DNA of 64,000 nt from Rhodocyclaceae bacterium (GCA_018883385.1 VEQD01000003.1:10799-74798), one strand, 5' to 3'. Positions 53,152 to 64,000 are shown, counted from the first letter of the stretch. Program-made: numbers and translations. The notes: generated by a model from the letters alone, not told the origin.

Positions 53152-53805
53152 ATGACAAAGCATGCTTCGATCTGGACGCCCGCACTGAAACTGATCGGTG
53201 TCTTGGCAACGGCGATCGGGCTACAATCCACGCTCGGTCTGTGGCTGGCGGCGGTGCTGGTGCTCTGGGTGCTTGTTAGTCACCGACACCGATTTATGAA
53301 GCTGCTGCGTCGTTTGCGCTGGTTGATTCTGGTGCTCTTTGGGGTGACCTTGTTGAGCACGCCGGGTGCGGCACTGTTTCCACATTGGGGGTTGTACCCG
53401 ACCAGTGAAGGTGCGCAACTGGCGATCACGCAATTGATGCGTCTGCTCGGTATGCTTGCGAGCGTGACGCTCTTGCTCGACTCTACAGATCAGCGCGCAC
53501 TGGCCGCCGGGTCCTTAGCCTTGCTGCAGCCCCTTGCCGGGCGATCACAATGGCCGGAACGGGCGGTTGCACGTCTATTGCTGGTATTTAATTACCTCGA
53601 ATCGGCACCGCCACCGCGCAATCTTCAAGACGTGCTGGTGCTGGCCGGTATGGAACGCGATGTGTCTGATGCACTCGCGACACAACTGGATCAGCCTGCA
53701 ACAATCGAACTACCCTATGCCGTGTTGACCAGGCGAGACCTGCTGTTGGGGGGCGCTTTGCTGACGTTGAGTCTGTTAGCGCTGGCTTCGGGGCAAGCCG
53801 TATGA
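53152..53805 (+). CDS. CbiQ/ECF-T-like membrane protein
   Basis: LLRRLRWL, TPG, EG..LA..Q..RL, ERAVARLLL; upstream of truA. Confidence 0.65.
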   Translation: MTKHASIWTPALKLIGVLATAIGLQSTLGLWLAAVLVLWVLVSHRHRFMKLLRRLRWLILVLFGVTLLSTPGAALFPHWGLYPTSEGAQLAITQLMRLLGMLASVTLLLDSTDQRALAAGSLALLQPLAGRSQWPERAVARLLLVFNYLESAPPPRNLQDVLVLAGMERDVSDALATQLDQPATIELPYAVLTRRDLLLGGALLTLSLLALASGQAV

Positions 53806-54662
53806 CCGAGTTGCGACCACGACGCTGGGCGCTGGGCGTGGAATACGATGGTCGTTGCTTCCATGGTTGGCAGACGCAGGGACCCGCACCGCACGCCCTG
53901 GGCGATGGTCTGGCAGGTCGCGTATTGCCGACCATCCAGGATGCGTTGGAAAACGCCTTGAGCCAGATTGCTGATAGGCCGATTCAGGTCATGTGCGCTG
54001 GCCGAACCGACGCCGGGGTTCATGCCACCGGGCAAGTCGTTCACTTTGATACGACCGCCAACAGACCAGACACGGCCTGGGTGCGTGGGGTGAATGCCCT
54101 GTTACCCCATGCCTGCGCCATTCGATGGGCGAGAGCCGTGCCCGATGACTTTCACGCCCGTTTTTCTGCAACGGGGCGTCACTACCGCTACATTCTGCTC
54201 AATCGTCCGGAGCGTCCGGCCGTATTTGCCGGCCGTATCGGCTGGTTCCATCGGCCGCTGGATACCGCGTTGATGGCCGAAGCTGCCCGATCGATTCTGG
54301 GGACGCATGATTTTAGTGCCTTTCGCGCCGCAGAATGTCAGGCCAATAGTCCGATCCGCACCCTGACCGAGGCCCGTATCGTTCGCCACCGGGACTGGCT
54401 GGTATTTGATTTTGCCGCCAACGCCTTTCTGCAGCATATGATCCGTAATTTGGTCGGGGCTCTGGTCCATATCGGCAAGGGTGGCGCCGCGCCAGGGTTA
54501 ATGGCCGAGTGGCTGCTTCAGCAAGACCGGACGGTGGCGCCGCCGACCTTTATGCCGGATGGTCTCTATCTGACCGGGGTCGATTATGATGTGAGCTTGA
54601 GTTTGCCTTCGTTTGACCGCACCGGGCAGGCGGGTGATCCCATCGGAATCTTCACTCTCTAA
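53802..54662 (+). CDS. truA: tRNA pseudouridine(38-40) synthase
   Basis: EYDG..FHGWQ, AGRTDAGVHA, FHARFSA, GTHDFSAF, FLQHMIR. Confidence 0.97.
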   Translation: MTELRPRRWALGVEYDGRCFHGWQTQGPAPHALGDGLAGRVLPTIQDALENALSQIADRPIQVMCAGRTDAGVHATGQVVHFDTTANRPDTAWVRGVNALLPHACAIRWARAVPDDFHARFSATGRHYRYILLNRPERPAVFAGRIGWFHRPLDTALMAEAARSILGTHDFSAFRAAECQANSPIRTLTEARIVRHRDWLVFDFAANAFLQHMIRNLVGALVHIGKGGAAPGLMAEWLLQQDRTVAPPTFMPDGLYLTGVDYDVSLSLPSFDRTGQAGDPIGIFTL

Positions 54663-54674
54663 GACCATGACAGC

Positions 54675-55301
54675 ATGAAGAATACAGTGATGCCTCGAAT
54701 TAAAGTCTGCGGTCTGACCCGAGTGGAAGACGTGCAGGCGGCGGTTGCCGCCGGTGTCGATGCGATCGGCCTGGTGTTCTACCCGGATAGCCCACGCCAC
54801 GTCAGTATTGAACAGGCGGCCGCCCTGTGCCGTCATGTGCCGCCCTTTGTCACCATCGTCGGGCTGTTCGTCAACGCCTCGCGTGCGCAGGTGCATCGAG
54901 TCATTGAAGCGGTACCGCTCAATCTGCTGCAGTTCCATGGGGATGAAACCGCCGATCAGTGTGAAGGTTTTGGCCTGCCTTACCTGCGTGTGGCGCGGGT
55001 TCGGCCGGGGGTGGATCTGTTAGAATTCGCAGCACAATTCCCTTCGGCGCGTGCGCTGTTGCTCGACACCTGGACCCCGGTCTACGGTGGAAGTGGTGAG
55101 TCCTTCGACTGGTCACTGGTGCCGGCGGCCTGTCCGCTCCCAGTGATTCTTTCTGGTGGGCTGAGCCCCGACAACGTGGCCGACGCCATTCGTCAGGTCC
55201 AGCCGGCTGCGGTCGACGTGTCTTCGGGAGTGGAAAGTGCCAAAGGCATCAAGGATGCCGCCAAGATTCGTGCCTTCGTCAGCGCCGTGCGTGGTGTCTG
55301 A
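54675..55301 (+). CDS. trpF: phosphoribosylanthranilate isomerase
   Basis: [29 protein letters not shown]. Confidence 0.97.
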   Translation: MKNTVMPRIKVCGLTRVEDVQAAVAAGVDAIGLVFYPDSPRHVSIEQAAALCRHVPPFVTIVGLFVNASRAQVHRVIEAVPLNLLQFHGDETADQCEGFGLPYLRVARVRPGVDLLEFAAQFPSARALLLDTWTPVYGGSGESFDWSLVPAACPLPVILSGGLSPDNVADAIRQVQPAAVDVSSGVESAKGIKDAAKIRAFVSAVRGV

Positions 55302-55335
55302 AAGGGCAATCCTCAGTAGCGAGAAAGTTCGGACA

Positions 55336-56610
55336 ATGATGTCTTACGATTACCCTGATGCCCGCGGTCACTTTGGTCCTTACGGCGGCTCCTTTGTCTC
55401 GGAGACGCTGGTTGCCGCCCTCGAGCAGCTCAAGCATGCCTACGCGCATTACAGCCGCGATCCAGCGTTCATTGCCGAATTTCAAAGTGAGCTCAAGCAT
55501 TTTGTGGGCCGACCCAGTCCGATTTATCACGCCAAGCGCTGGAGCGAAGCGCTGGGTGGTGCGCAGATCTATCTCAAGCGCGAGGATCTGAATCACACGG
55601 GCGCCCACAAAATCAATAACACCATTGGCCAGGCGTTGCTGGCCAAGCGCATGGGTAAGCCGCGTGTGATTGCTGAAACCGGTGCCGGTCAGCATGGTGT
55701 GGCCTCGGCCACCGTCGCGGCGCGATTCGGCATGAAGTGCGTGGTGTATATGGGGGCCGAGGATGTGGGGCGCCAATCGGCCAATGTCTATCGCATGAAG
55801 CTGCTGGGTGCCGAAGTTGTCCCCGTCAGCAGCGGCTCAAAGACACTCAAAGACGCGCTCAATGAAGCCATGCGCGACTGGGTGACGAACGTGGAAGATA
55901 CCTTCTACATTATCGGTACCGTCGCCGGGCCGCATCCATATCCCAAGATGGTGCGTGATTTCAATTCGGTGGTCGGAAAAGAATGCGTCAAGCAAATGCC
56001 GGAGATGGTGGGGCGCCAACCAGACGCCGTGATTGCCTGTGTCGGTGGTGGTTCCAATGCCATGGGTATTTTTTATGACTACATTTCGCACGAGCAGGTG
56101 CGACTGATCGGGGTCGAAGCCGCTGGCGATGGGATCGATACGCCGCGTCACGCTGCGTCACTGCAGTTGGGCAAACCGGGCGTGCTGCACGGTAACCGCA
56201 CCTACCTGCTGCAAGACGACAACGGCCAGATCATTGAAACCCATTCCATCTCGGCCGGCCTGGATTACCCGGGTGTCGGCCCCGAGCACGCCTGGCTGAA
56301 GGATAGTGGCCGTGCCGAATACGTCGGGGCGACCGATGCCGAAGCGCTGCAGGCCTTCCATGACCTCTGCCGGATCGAAGGGATTATTCCGGCACTGGAG
56401 TCGAGCCATGCGCTGGCCTATGCGGCCAAGCTCGCGCCGACCTTACCGAAAGACAGGATTTTGTTGGTCAACCTGTCGGGTCGCGGTGACAAGGATCTGC
56501 ACATTGTGTCGGAAGCCAGTGGCATGGAATTCTATTGCCGCCAGAGCTGTCGCACGGCATTTGCCAAGGCCGGCATGCAGGTCAACGACCGCAATGCGGA
56601 GGGCAAATAA
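55336..56610 (+). CDS. trpB: tryptophan synthase beta chain
   Basis: [41 protein letters not shown]; start ATG 55336. Confidence 0.98.
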   Translation: MMSYDYPDARGHFGPYGGSFVSETLVAALEQLKHAYAHYSRDPAFIAEFQSELKHFVGRPSPIYHAKRWSEALGGAQIYLKREDLNHTGAHKINNTIGQALLAKRMGKPRVIAETGAGQHGVASATVAARFGMKCVVYMGAEDVGRQSANVYRMKLLGAEVVPVSSGSKTLKDALNEAMRDWVTNVEDTFYIIGTVAGPHPYPKMVRDFNSVVGKECVKQMPEMVGRQPDAVIACVGGGSNAMGIFYDYISHEQVRLIGVEAAGDGIDTPRHAASLQLGKPGVLHGNRTYLLQDDNGQIIETHSISAGLDYPGVGPEHAWLKDSGRAEYVGATDAEALQAFHDLCRIEGIIPALESSHALAYAAKLAPTLPKDRILLVNLSGRGDKDLHIVSEASGMEFYCRQSCRTAFAKAGMQVNDRNAEGK

Positions 56611-57431
56611 TGGGTCGTATCGCTGACACATTTGCGGCGTTGGCCAAGCAGGGTCGCAAAGGCCTGATCCCCTACATCATGGCCGGCGATCCATCGCCGA
56701 CGCTCACCGTCGATCTGCTGCATACCTTGGTCGAAGGCGGTGCGGATGTCATCGAGCTGGGTGTGCCATTCTCCGACCCCATGGCCGATGGTCCGGTCAT
56801 TCAGCGCGCTGCCGAGCGCGCCATCGCCAACGGTGTTGGCTTGCATCAAACGCTGGCGCTTCTGGCAGCGTTTCGTAAAACCAATCAGCAAACCCCAGTG
56901 GTGCTGATGGGCTACGCCAACCCCATCGAATGTATGGGTGTCGATGTGTTTGTCCAAGCCGCCAAAGCAGCGGGCGCCGACGGTGTGTTGGTCGTCGACT
57001 ACCCGCCGGAAGAGTCGGATCAGTTTGCCCAACAGCTGCGCGCGGTCGACATGGATCCGATCTACCTGCTGGCGCCCACCTCGACCGAAGAGCGGATCGC
57101 TGCCGTTGCCAAGGTGGCCAGTGGTTACCTGTATTATGTGTCTCTCAAAGGCGTGACTGGTGCGGGCCACCTCGACCTGCATGAAGTGTCTCAGCGAATT
57201 CCTCAGATCCGTGCCAAAACGGGTTTGCCCGTGGGTGTGGGTTTTGGTATTCGTGATGCAAGTACAGCGGAGCGTCTGGCCGGTATGGCCGACGCGGTCG
57301 TCGTTGGCAGTCGGCTGATTGACGCCATCACTGAAGCGCCAAAAAGCGAGGTACGTGCCGCGCTGCTTGCGGTCATGAAAGATATTCGCGCTGGGGTCGA
57401 TCAAGCCAGCACTAACCAATCACAGAACTGA
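56610..57431 (+). CDS. trpA: tryptophan synthase alpha chain
   Basis: [26 protein letters not shown]; TAATG coupling with trpB. Confidence 0.98.
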   Translation: MGRIADTFAALAKQGRKGLIPYIMAGDPSPTLTVDLLHTLVEGGADVIELGVPFSDPMADGPVIQRAAERAIANGVGLHQTLALLAAFRKTNQQTPVVLMGYANPIECMGVDVFVQAAKAAGADGVLVVDYPPEESDQFAQQLRAVDMDPIYLLAPTSTEERIAAVAKVASGYLYYVSLKGVTGAGHLDLHEVSQRIPQIRAKTGLPVGVGFGIRDASTAERLAGMADAVVVGSRLIDAITEAPKSEVRAALLAVMKDIRAGVDQASTNQSQN

Positions 57432-57455
57432 AGCATCGAACGATAGGAGCACACG

Positions 57456-58325
57456 ATGAACTGGGTTAACAAACTGCTGCCCCCGAAGATCAAGCGTGCC
57501 GAGGGCAAGCAGCGCAAAAGTGCGTTACCAGAAGGCCTGTGGTGCAAGTGCCCCAACTGTGAAACGGTTTTGTATAGTGCGGACCTCGAAGCCAATATGC
57601 AGGTCTGCCCGAAATGCGAGCACCATCATCGCGTCAAGGCTCGACAACGACTGGATATGCTCATGGATGCGCATGGTCGTGTCGAAATTGGTACAGAAGT
57701 TCGTCCGAAAGATGCACTCAAATTTGTCGATAGTCGGCCGTACCCGGTGCGTGTTGAAGAAGCCCAGAAGCAAACCAATGAAACCGATTCGCTGGTCGTC
57801 ATGCAGGGCGAGATCGAAGCCGAGCCTGCCGTGGTTGCCTGTTTCGAATTCGAGTTCATGGGGGGCTCGATGGGCTCCGTACTGGGCGAACGTTTCGTCC
57901 GTGGTGTTCGTGCCGCGATTGAGAATAAATGCGGTTTCGTGTGTATCACTGCCTCAGGCGGTGCGCGTATGCAGGAAGGCCTGTTTTCGTTGATGCAGAT
58001 GGCCAAGACAACGGCGTCGATTTCCGAACTGGCACGCCATGGCCTGCCGTTCATTACTGTGCTCACCGATCCGACCATGGGGGGGGTGTCTGCCTCATTC
58101 GCTTTTGTCGGTGACGTGGTGATTGCCGAACCGAATGCACTCGTAGGCTTCGCTGGCCCGCGCGTGATCGAACAGACGGTGCGCGAAAAACTCCCGGAGG
58201 GCTTTCAGCGTGCAGAGTTCCTGCTCGACAAGGGCGCTATCGATATGATCGTTCATCGCAAACATCTGCGCGATGAGTTGTCGTCGCTGCTTCGTCTGCT
58301 ACGCAAGGAGCCGGTCTGCTCCTGA
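57456..58325 (+). CDS. accD: acetyl-CoA carboxylase carboxyltransferase beta subunit
   Basis: CPNC...CPKC zinc finger, [24 protein letters not shown]. Confidence 0.98.
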   Translation: MNWVNKLLPPKIKRAEGKQRKSALPEGLWCKCPNCETVLYSADLEANMQVCPKCEHHHRVKARQRLDMLMDAHGRVEIGTEVRPKDALKFVDSRPYPVRVEEAQKQTNETDSLVVMQGEIEAEPAVVACFEFEFMGGSMGSVLGERFVRGVRAAIENKCGFVCITASGGARMQEGLFSLMQMAKTTASISELARHGLPFITVLTDPTMGGVSASFAFVGDVVIAEPNALVGFAGPRVIEQTVREKLPEGFQRAEFLLDKGAIDMIVHRKHLRDELSSLLRLLRKEPVCS

Positions 58326-58349
58326 TTGATTGCAACGGGCGGTAGCAGT

Positions 58350-59696
58350 ATGCAAGCTCAGTACCACGATTTGGCCGCCTGGCTGAATCACATTGAACGC
58401 ATGCACCCACGCGGTGAGGCTGGCATCGAGCTCGGCCTCGATCGTGTCGCCATTGTGGCTGCCGAGTTACGCCACGCCAAACGGCTGGCCGGTAAACCCA
58501 TCTTCACGGTAGCAGGTACCAACGGCAAGGGTTCGGTTGTCACCTATCTCAGCAACATCCTGGATCGCGGTGGCTACCGGGTGGGTACCTACACAAGCCC
58601 ACATCTGGTCCATTTCAACGAACGGATGCGCCTCAACGGTATCCCGGTAGAGGATGCGCGCATTGTCGCTGCCTTTGATCGTGTGGAGGCGGCTCGTGCC
58701 GCAACGGGTGAATCGCTGACCTATTTTGAATTCACGACGTTGGCCGCGATCGAAGTTTTTCTCGCGGCAGACGTTGAGGTGCTGGTACTCGAGGTCGGCC
58801 TGGGCGGTCGCCTGGACGCGGTCAATCTTTATGATCCCGATGTCGCCGTCGTGACTGGGGTTGCCCTAGATCATCAGGAATACCTGGGCGATACGCGAGA
58901 GGCGATCGCGCTAGAGAAAATTGGCATCGCACGCGCCGGCCAACCGATTATTATTGCCGAACCGGATCTGCCTGTCCCGGCCCGTAAGCAACTGGCAGAA
59001 AAGGGTGCCATTGTGTACCTAGTTGGAGAAGCCTTCGGTTTCGAGCCCCTGCCGGGAGAGGAGGGCAAACCCAGCATTCAGTGGCGCTATTGGCTGCGTC
59101 AACCCGGCGTTCCTATCGAAGCGGTTCAGCGCCGCGGGGGGTTGGCTTATCCGGGGCTGCGCGGCAAGATCCAGTTGCGTAATGCAGCGGCCGCCATGAC
59201 AGCCATTGACTGTCTGCAAGACCGTCTACCCGTGGCCATGGGCGCTATCCGACGTGGCCTCCTGGAGTCTGAGCTGGCCGGACGTTTTCAGGTGATCCCG
59301 GGGCCGCCCGATCTGGTGCTTGATGTGGCGCACAATCCCGAGGCGGCCGGGGTGCTGGCGGCCAACCTGGGTCAGCTTCCCTTTGCCCATACGCAGCATG
59401 GCATCCTGGGCATGATGGCCGATAAGGATCTGATCGGTGTTCTTAAGCCTTTACTCAAGCAGATTAACCGCTGGTACCTGGCGCCATTGGATAGCCCGCG
59501 TTCGGCGACCCTGGCGCAGCTTCAGGAAACACTAGTCGACCTGGGGGTCAAGCCGACCCAGATTGAGACCTATGAAAATCCGGCCAGCGCTTATGCTGCA
59601 GCACGAAAAAACGCGGGCGAGAGTGATAGAATTGTCGCCTTCGGATCTTTCCTAACAGTCGCGGACGTCCTACGGGACCTTGGCAGAACGGCATGA
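58350..59696 (+). CDS. folC: folylpolyglutamate/dihydrofolate synthase
   Basis: VAGTNGKGS, YTSPHL, EVGLGGRLDA, DVAHNP; start ATG 58350. Confidence 0.97.
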   Translation: MQAQYHDLAAWLNHIERMHPRGEAGIELGLDRVAIVAAELRHAKRLAGKPIFTVAGTNGKGSVVTYLSNILDRGGYRVGTYTSPHLVHFNERMRLNGIPVEDARIVAAFDRVEAARAATGESLTYFEFTTLAAIEVFLAADVEVLVLEVGLGGRLDAVNLYDPDVAVVTGVALDHQEYLGDTREAIALEKIGIARAGQPIIIAEPDLPVPARKQLAEKGAIVYLVGEAFGFEPLPGEEGKPSIQWRYWLRQPGVPIEAVQRRGGLAYPGLRGKIQLRNAAAAMTAIDCLQDRLPVAMGAIRRGLLESELAGRFQVIPGPPDLVLDVAHNPEAAGVLAANLGQLPFAHTQHGILGMMADKDLIGVLKPLLKQINRWYLAPLDSPRSATLAQLQETLVDLGVKPTQIETYENPASAYAAARKNAGESDRIVAFGSFLTVADVLRDLGRTA

Positions 59697-60424
59697 AGCC
59701 AGATACTCCGGATTCAGATAGTCAACAGGAACTCAAAAAGAGTGCCCGACGTCGTTTAATCGGCGCGGTTTTTTTCGTCATCGTGGCCGCCGCCGTGCTT
59801 CCCATGATCATGGATACGGCACCGCCGCCGCAACTCAACGACTTCCGAATCGTGACCGCAGAAGAGCGCAATGCGCCCGCACCGGTTGCCGTACCAACTT
59901 CGGTGCCCGCCGTATCCGAACCCGCTACGCCAGCGCCTCCTGTTGCCCAGAGCGAGCTTAAAACAGTCGATGCGACTGCTCCAGCGAAACCAACGGAGTC
60001 CGTACCGGCAGCACCTGTGGTTGTGGCTGCCGTTGAACCACCCAAGCCGGCAGTCGTTACCGAACCCAAGCCCGAAGCCAAGCCCGAAGCCAAGGCGCCG
60101 TTAGAGAAGAAACCCGAATCCGCCACGCCGGCTGAGAAGACTGCCGAAAAGAAAACGGACAAACCGGCCGATAAAAAAGACGCCAAGGATCAGCCGGGGC
60201 AGTATTACATTCAGGTAGGCGTTTTTGCCGATGCCGATAACGTCAAGCAAGTCCGGGCCAAACTCAAGGCTCAGGGCATCAGCAGTTGGACGGAAGAAGC
60301 GACCGGTAATCTGGCAGGCAAGACTCGCGTCAAAGCCGGTCCGTTCCCGAGCAAAGAAGCCGCCGACAAGGCGCTCGCCAAAATTACCAAAGCCGGCATG
60401 AACGGCATGATTGCCAAGAAATGA
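59693..60424 (+). CDS. dedD: SPOR-domain cell division protein DedD
   Basis: RRRLIGA + TM, Pro/Ala/Lys linker, C-terminal YIQVGVF...RVKAGPF; between folC and cvpA. Confidence 0.88.
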   Translation: MKPDTPDSDSQQELKKSARRRLIGAVFFVIVAAAVLPMIMDTAPPPQLNDFRIVTAEERNAPAPVAVPTSVPAVSEPATPAPPVAQSELKTVDATAPAKPTESVPAAPVVVAAVEPPKPAVVTEPKPEAKPEAKAPLEKKPESATPAEKTAEKKTDKPADKKDAKDQPGQYYIQVGVFADADNVKQVRAKLKAQGISSWTEEATGNLAGKTRVKAGPFPSKEAADKALAKITKAGMNGMIAKK

Positions 60425-60496
60425 TCACAGTCGTGACCGGGTGCGCGCCCAGCCACGTCCTGTCCGATATCCCCTCTGTTTTCTGCTCAGCCTGCC

Positions 60497-61102
60497 ATGA
60501 CCGGTCTTGATTACGCCATTATTGCTATCCTGGCGGCCTCCGTGCTGCTGGGTGCCTGGCGTGGCATGGTCAGTGAAGTCCTCTCACTGGGCTCATGGAT
60601 TGTCGCGTTTCTGGTCGCGCGCGAATGGGGCGAGCAGGTCGGTACCCAATTGCTGGCGCCGTATCTCACCGTGACGTTCTGGCAAATTGCTGGCGGCTGG
60701 ATTTTGTTGTTTATTGCCACCATTTTGGTGGTCTCGATTTTCCGTGCCTTACTGCGCAAGACACTGCACGCCATTGGCCTTGGTTTTTTTGATCGAACAC
60801 TGGGTATGGTATTTGGTGCTGCGCGTGGGGTACTCCTGATTCTTTTGCTGGTCGCCATAGGCGGCATGACCAAGTTGCCTGAAGAATCCTGGTGGCGGCA
60901 GGCGCGTTTTGCACCGTTGACGGCGCAGGGGGTGTCGTTGATCAAGCCCTGGTTGCCCAACGATCTGGCCAAACACATTGCCTATGCCGATGCGCTGAGT
61001 CAGGTGGCGCCGCAATTGGCGCCGCAGCTTGTCCCTCAGCTTACTCCCCAAGCCTCGCAGCCTGTATTCCAACAGGCACCCAAGAATCCAATTTCCAGAT
61101 AA
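60497..61102 (+). CDS. cvpA: colicin V production protein CvpA
   Basis: RGMVSEVLSL, DRTLGMVFGAARG; upstream of purF. Confidence 0.92.
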   Translation: MTGLDYAIIAILAASVLLGAWRGMVSEVLSLGSWIVAFLVAREWGEQVGTQLLAPYLTVTFWQIAGGWILLFIATILVVSIFRALLRKTLHAIGLGFFDRTLGMVFGAARGVLLILLLVAIGGMTKLPEESWWRQARFAPLTAQGVSLIKPWLPNDLAKHIAYADALSQVAPQLAPQLVPQLTPQASQPVFQQAPKNPISR

Positions 61103-61114
61103 TCGAGATAGATC

Positions 61115-62662
61115 ATGTGCGGAATCATTGGCGTTGTTGCTACCACTCCGGTTAATCAGCTGCTCTATGATGGCTTGATGGTGCTTCAGCACCGTGGTCA
61201 GGATGCGGCCGGTATCTCTACCGCCGAAGGCAGCACCTTTCACATGCACAAGGGACCAGGCCTCGTACGCGACGTCTTCCGGACCCGGAACATGCGTGCG
61301 TTACCGGGCAACTGGGGCATTGCACACTGCCGTTATCCGACAGCTGGCTCGGCCTACAACTTTGCCGAAGCGCAGCCGTTTTATGTGAACTCACCATTCG
61401 GTCTGATGCTGGCACATAACGGTAACCTGACCAATGCCGAGTCGCTCAAGCAGCAGCTCTTCAAGCAGGATCTGCGTCACATCAATACCAACTCCGATTC
61501 TGAAGTGTTGCTCAATGTGCTCGCACACGAACTCCAAAAATCAGCACGCGGGACGGCGCTGGATAAAGAGGCCATTTTTAAAGCAGTGCGGGGTGTGCAT
61601 CAACGCGTCCGGGGTGCCTATGCCGTCGTGGTCATGATCGCTGGCTATGGTCTGCTGGCCTTTCGTGATCCGTTTGGCATTCGTCCCTTGGTGCTGGGCA
61701 AAAATGACACCCCGGAAGGTACGGAGTGGATGCTGGCATCCGAATCGGTCCCTCTCGATACGCTGGGTTTTGAACGCGTCGACGACGTAACGCCCGGCGA
61801 AGCGGTCTTCATTGACCTCGATCGCAACATGTCGCGTGAGCAATGTGCCGAGCGTCACGAACTGTCGCCATGTCTCTTCGAATACGTCTATCTGGCCCGT
61901 CCGGATTCAACCCTCGATGGGGTGTCGGTGTATGAGACACGACTGCGGATGGGCGAGACACTGGCTGCAAAAGTGCGCAAGGTCATTGACCCCAAAAACA
62001 TCGACGTTGTTATTCCCATTCCGGATTCGTCACGGCCCGCTGCCTTGCAGATGGCGCAGGCGCTGAGCATTCCCTTCCGCGAGGGCTTCGTCAAAAATCG
62101 TTACATTGGCCGCACGTTCATCATGCCGGGTCAGTCGACGCGTAAGAAGTCGGTACGCCAGAAGTTGAACACGGTGCCGCACGAGTTTGCCGGCAAAAAC
62201 GTGATGCTCGTTGATGATTCGATCGTGCGCGGCACCACCAGCCACGAGATCGTTGAAATGGCGCGGGCGGCTGGCGCCAAGAAAGTTTATTTTGCTTCCG
62301 CCTCGCCGCCGGTGCGTTTTCCTAACGTCTATGGCATTGACATGCCGACCCGAGGTGAACTGATCGCCACGGGCCGAACCGATGCGCAGATTGCTGCACT
62401 GATCGGTGCCGACGAACTGATTTACCAGGATCTTGATGCGCTTGAAGCCTCGGTGCGCGAATGTAATCCGCGGATCCATCAATTTGATGCCTCCTGCTTT
62501 AATGGTCGCTACATTACCGGTGATGTCGATGAGGCCTACCTGGATAATGTCGAACGCGCACGCAATCAGAAACCGGCCAACACCTCTACCCAGGATGACG
62601 ATGACGAAAGCGGCAATGCCGCCCAGCAGATTGAAATGTTCGTCCGACGCCCGGGGCAGTAA
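61115..62662 (+). CDS. purF: amidophosphoribosyltransferase
   Basis: MCGI N-terminal nucleophile, QHRGQD, VDDSIVRGTT. Confidence 0.98.
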   Translation: MCGIIGVVATTPVNQLLYDGLMVLQHRGQDAAGISTAEGSTFHMHKGPGLVRDVFRTRNMRALPGNWGIAHCRYPTAGSAYNFAEAQPFYVNSPFGLMLAHNGNLTNAESLKQQLFKQDLRHINTNSDSEVLLNVLAHELQKSARGTALDKEAIFKAVRGVHQRVRGAYAVVVMIAGYGLLAFRDPFGIRPLVLGKNDTPEGTEWMLASESVPLDTLGFERVDDVTPGEAVFIDLDRNMSREQCAERHELSPCLFEYVYLARPDSTLDGVSVYETRLRMGETLAAKVRKVIDPKNIDVVIPIPDSSRPAALQMAQALSIPFREGFVKNRYIGRTFIMPGQSTRKKSVRQKLNTVPHEFAGKNVMLVDDSIVRGTTSHEIVEMARAAGAKKVYFASASPPVRFPNVYGIDMPTRGELIATGRTDAQIAALIGADELIYQDLDALEASVRECNPRIHQFDASCFNGRYITGDVDEAYLDNVERARNQKPANTSTQDDDDESGNAAQQIEMFVRRPGQ

Positions 62663-62674
62663 AAGAGCGACATC

Positions 62675-63871
62675 ATGACTGACAACCAGAAGAAACCCTT
62701 GCCGGCAGACCTCTCGATCGACACGCTCGCCGTACGCGCAGGGATGGATCGCACGCATCATCGCGAGCACAGCGAGGCAATGTATCTGACATCGAGCTTC
62801 GTTTTTGATAATGCGGCACAGGCGGCAGTCATGTTCTCGGGTGAAGAAGACGGCAACGTTTACGCGCGCTTTACCAATCCCAGTGTGACGCTATTCGAAG
62901 AACGCCTGGCTGCACTGGAAGGCGCCGAAGCCTGTATCGCCACGGCCAGTGGCATGGCCGCCATTACGGCCATGATCATGGCTAATCTCAGTGCCGGCGA
63001 CCACATCGTCGCCTCGAAATCCCTATTCGGATCAACTATTCAGCTGCTGGGTACGATCCTGCCACGTTTTGGTATCGAGACCACCTTTGTGTCGCTGACA
63101 GATCCTGCCGAGTGGGCTGCGGCCGTTCGACCGAATACCAAGCTCCTGTTTTGCGAAACCCCGTCGAATCCGCTCACCGAGGTTGGCGACATTGCTGCCT
63201 TGGCCGCCATCGCCCAGAAGCATGGCGTGCTGCTTGCCGTCGACAACTGTTTCTGTACCCCCGTATTGCAAAAGCCTATGGCCTTGGGTGCCGATATCGT
63301 GGTGCACTCAGCCACCAAGTATCTGGATGGCCAGGGTCGCGTGCTGGGCGGTGCGGTCTGCGCCAATAAGGCCATCACTGAGAAGATCTTTGTGTTTCTG
63401 CGCTCCACGGGTCCAACTCTGTCTGCCTTTAACGCCTGGGTTCTGGGCAAGGGTCTCGAGACGCTGGGTATTCGTATGCGCGCCCAATCGGCCTCGGCGC
63501 TGGAGCTTGCACGCTGGCTTGAAGCGCACCCCGGCGTCGAACGTGTTTACTATCCCGGTTTGCCCTCACACCCGCAGTACGCGCTCGCCCAACGCCAGCA
63601 GTCTGGGGGCGGGGCGATCGTCAGTTTTGAAGTCAAGGGGGGTAAAGAGGCTGCTTGGCGTGTGGTAGACTCCTGTCAGCTGTTATCGATTACCGCCAAT
63701 TTGGGCGATACGCGTACAACGCTCACGCATCCGTCCACCACGACACATGGTCGTATCACGCCGGAAGCTCGTGCCGCTGCAGGCATCAAAGATAATCTGC
63801 TGCGCATGGCTGTGGGCTTGGAGTCGATCGATGACATCCGTAACGACCTGTCGCGTGGCCTTCCTGTCTGA
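62675..63871 (+). CDS. metZ: O-succinylhomoserine sulfhydrylase
   Basis: EHSEAMYLTSSF, YARFTNP, HSATKYLDGQGRVLGG, TANLGD; follows purF. Confidence 0.93.
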   Translation: MTDNQKKPLPADLSIDTLAVRAGMDRTHHREHSEAMYLTSSFVFDNAAQAAVMFSGEEDGNVYARFTNPSVTLFEERLAALEGAEACIATASGMAAITAMIMANLSAGDHIVASKSLFGSTIQLLGTILPRFGIETTFVSLTDPAEWAAAVRPNTKLLFCETPSNPLTEVGDIAALAAIAQKHGVLLAVDNCFCTPVLQKPMALGADIVVHSATKYLDGQGRVLGGAVCANKAITEKIFVFLRSTGPTLSAFNAWVLGKGLETLGIRMRAQSASALELARWLEAHPGVERVYYPGLPSHPQYALAQRQQSGGGAIVSFEVKGGKEAAWRVVDSCQLLSITANLGDTRTTLTHPSTTTHGRITPEARAAAGIKDNLLRMAVGLESIDDIRNDLSRGLPV

Positions 63872-63960
63872 TTGATTCGCCGGAACGTGCCGAACGTCGC
63901 AGCCTGTTCCTGATCTGCTTTTAATTTGCGCCCGCGCGCTCGCCCATGAGGGCCATGACG

Positions 63961-64000
63961 ATGTCTTTTGAACAGTTCTCTTTGAGTGAATCGCGTCTGA
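63961..64000 (+). CDS. start of a CDS running off the window edge (possibly a DEAD-box helicase N-terminus)
   Basis: MSFEQFSLSESRL..., open to the edge; only 13 codons visible. Confidence 0.3.
   Translation, partial: MSFEQFSLSESRL

Overview
A 64-kb chromosomal window from a betaproteobacterium. Gene order and protein sequences look Rhodocyclales-like and streamlined; this taxonomy is inferred, not verified. From about 11.6 kb onward it is mostly core genome: lpxL, tig-clpP-clpX-lon, a DEAD-box helicase, cbpA-cbpM, tRNA-Val(TAC), phaB, ate-pyrD-rnfABCDGE-nth, acnB, class II ribonucleotide reductase nrdJ with tandem NrdR boxes, aroC, and leuCDB-asd-truA-trpFBA-accD-folC-dedD-cvpA-purF-metZ. 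The first ~11.5 kb is accessory. The best candidate for an undescribed system is the four-gene operon at 6670-11424: a 2-TM periplasmic-domain protein, an MFS transporter with a paralogous periplasmic domain fused at its N-terminus, an orphan ABC-type substrate-binding protein, and a membrane-anchored TAXI-type binding protein, with no ABC permease/ATPase or TRAP membrane subunit in the operon. Other points: gdhA abuts an ADP-ribosylglycohydrolase-family gene lacking the canonical catalytic aspartate motifs; an orphan Rap1a-like protein follows DUF3300; a 58-aa ORF missing from the ORF track has a strong RBS and its own terminator; a 123-bp palindrome and a 75-aa remnant-like ORF occupy the usual fimV position; aat and hupB are absent from their usual loci; several intergenic segments are highly structured. 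No CRISPR array, transposase, integrase, prophage or rRNA was seen. All family calls come from motif recognition by eye; no searches or folding programs were run.
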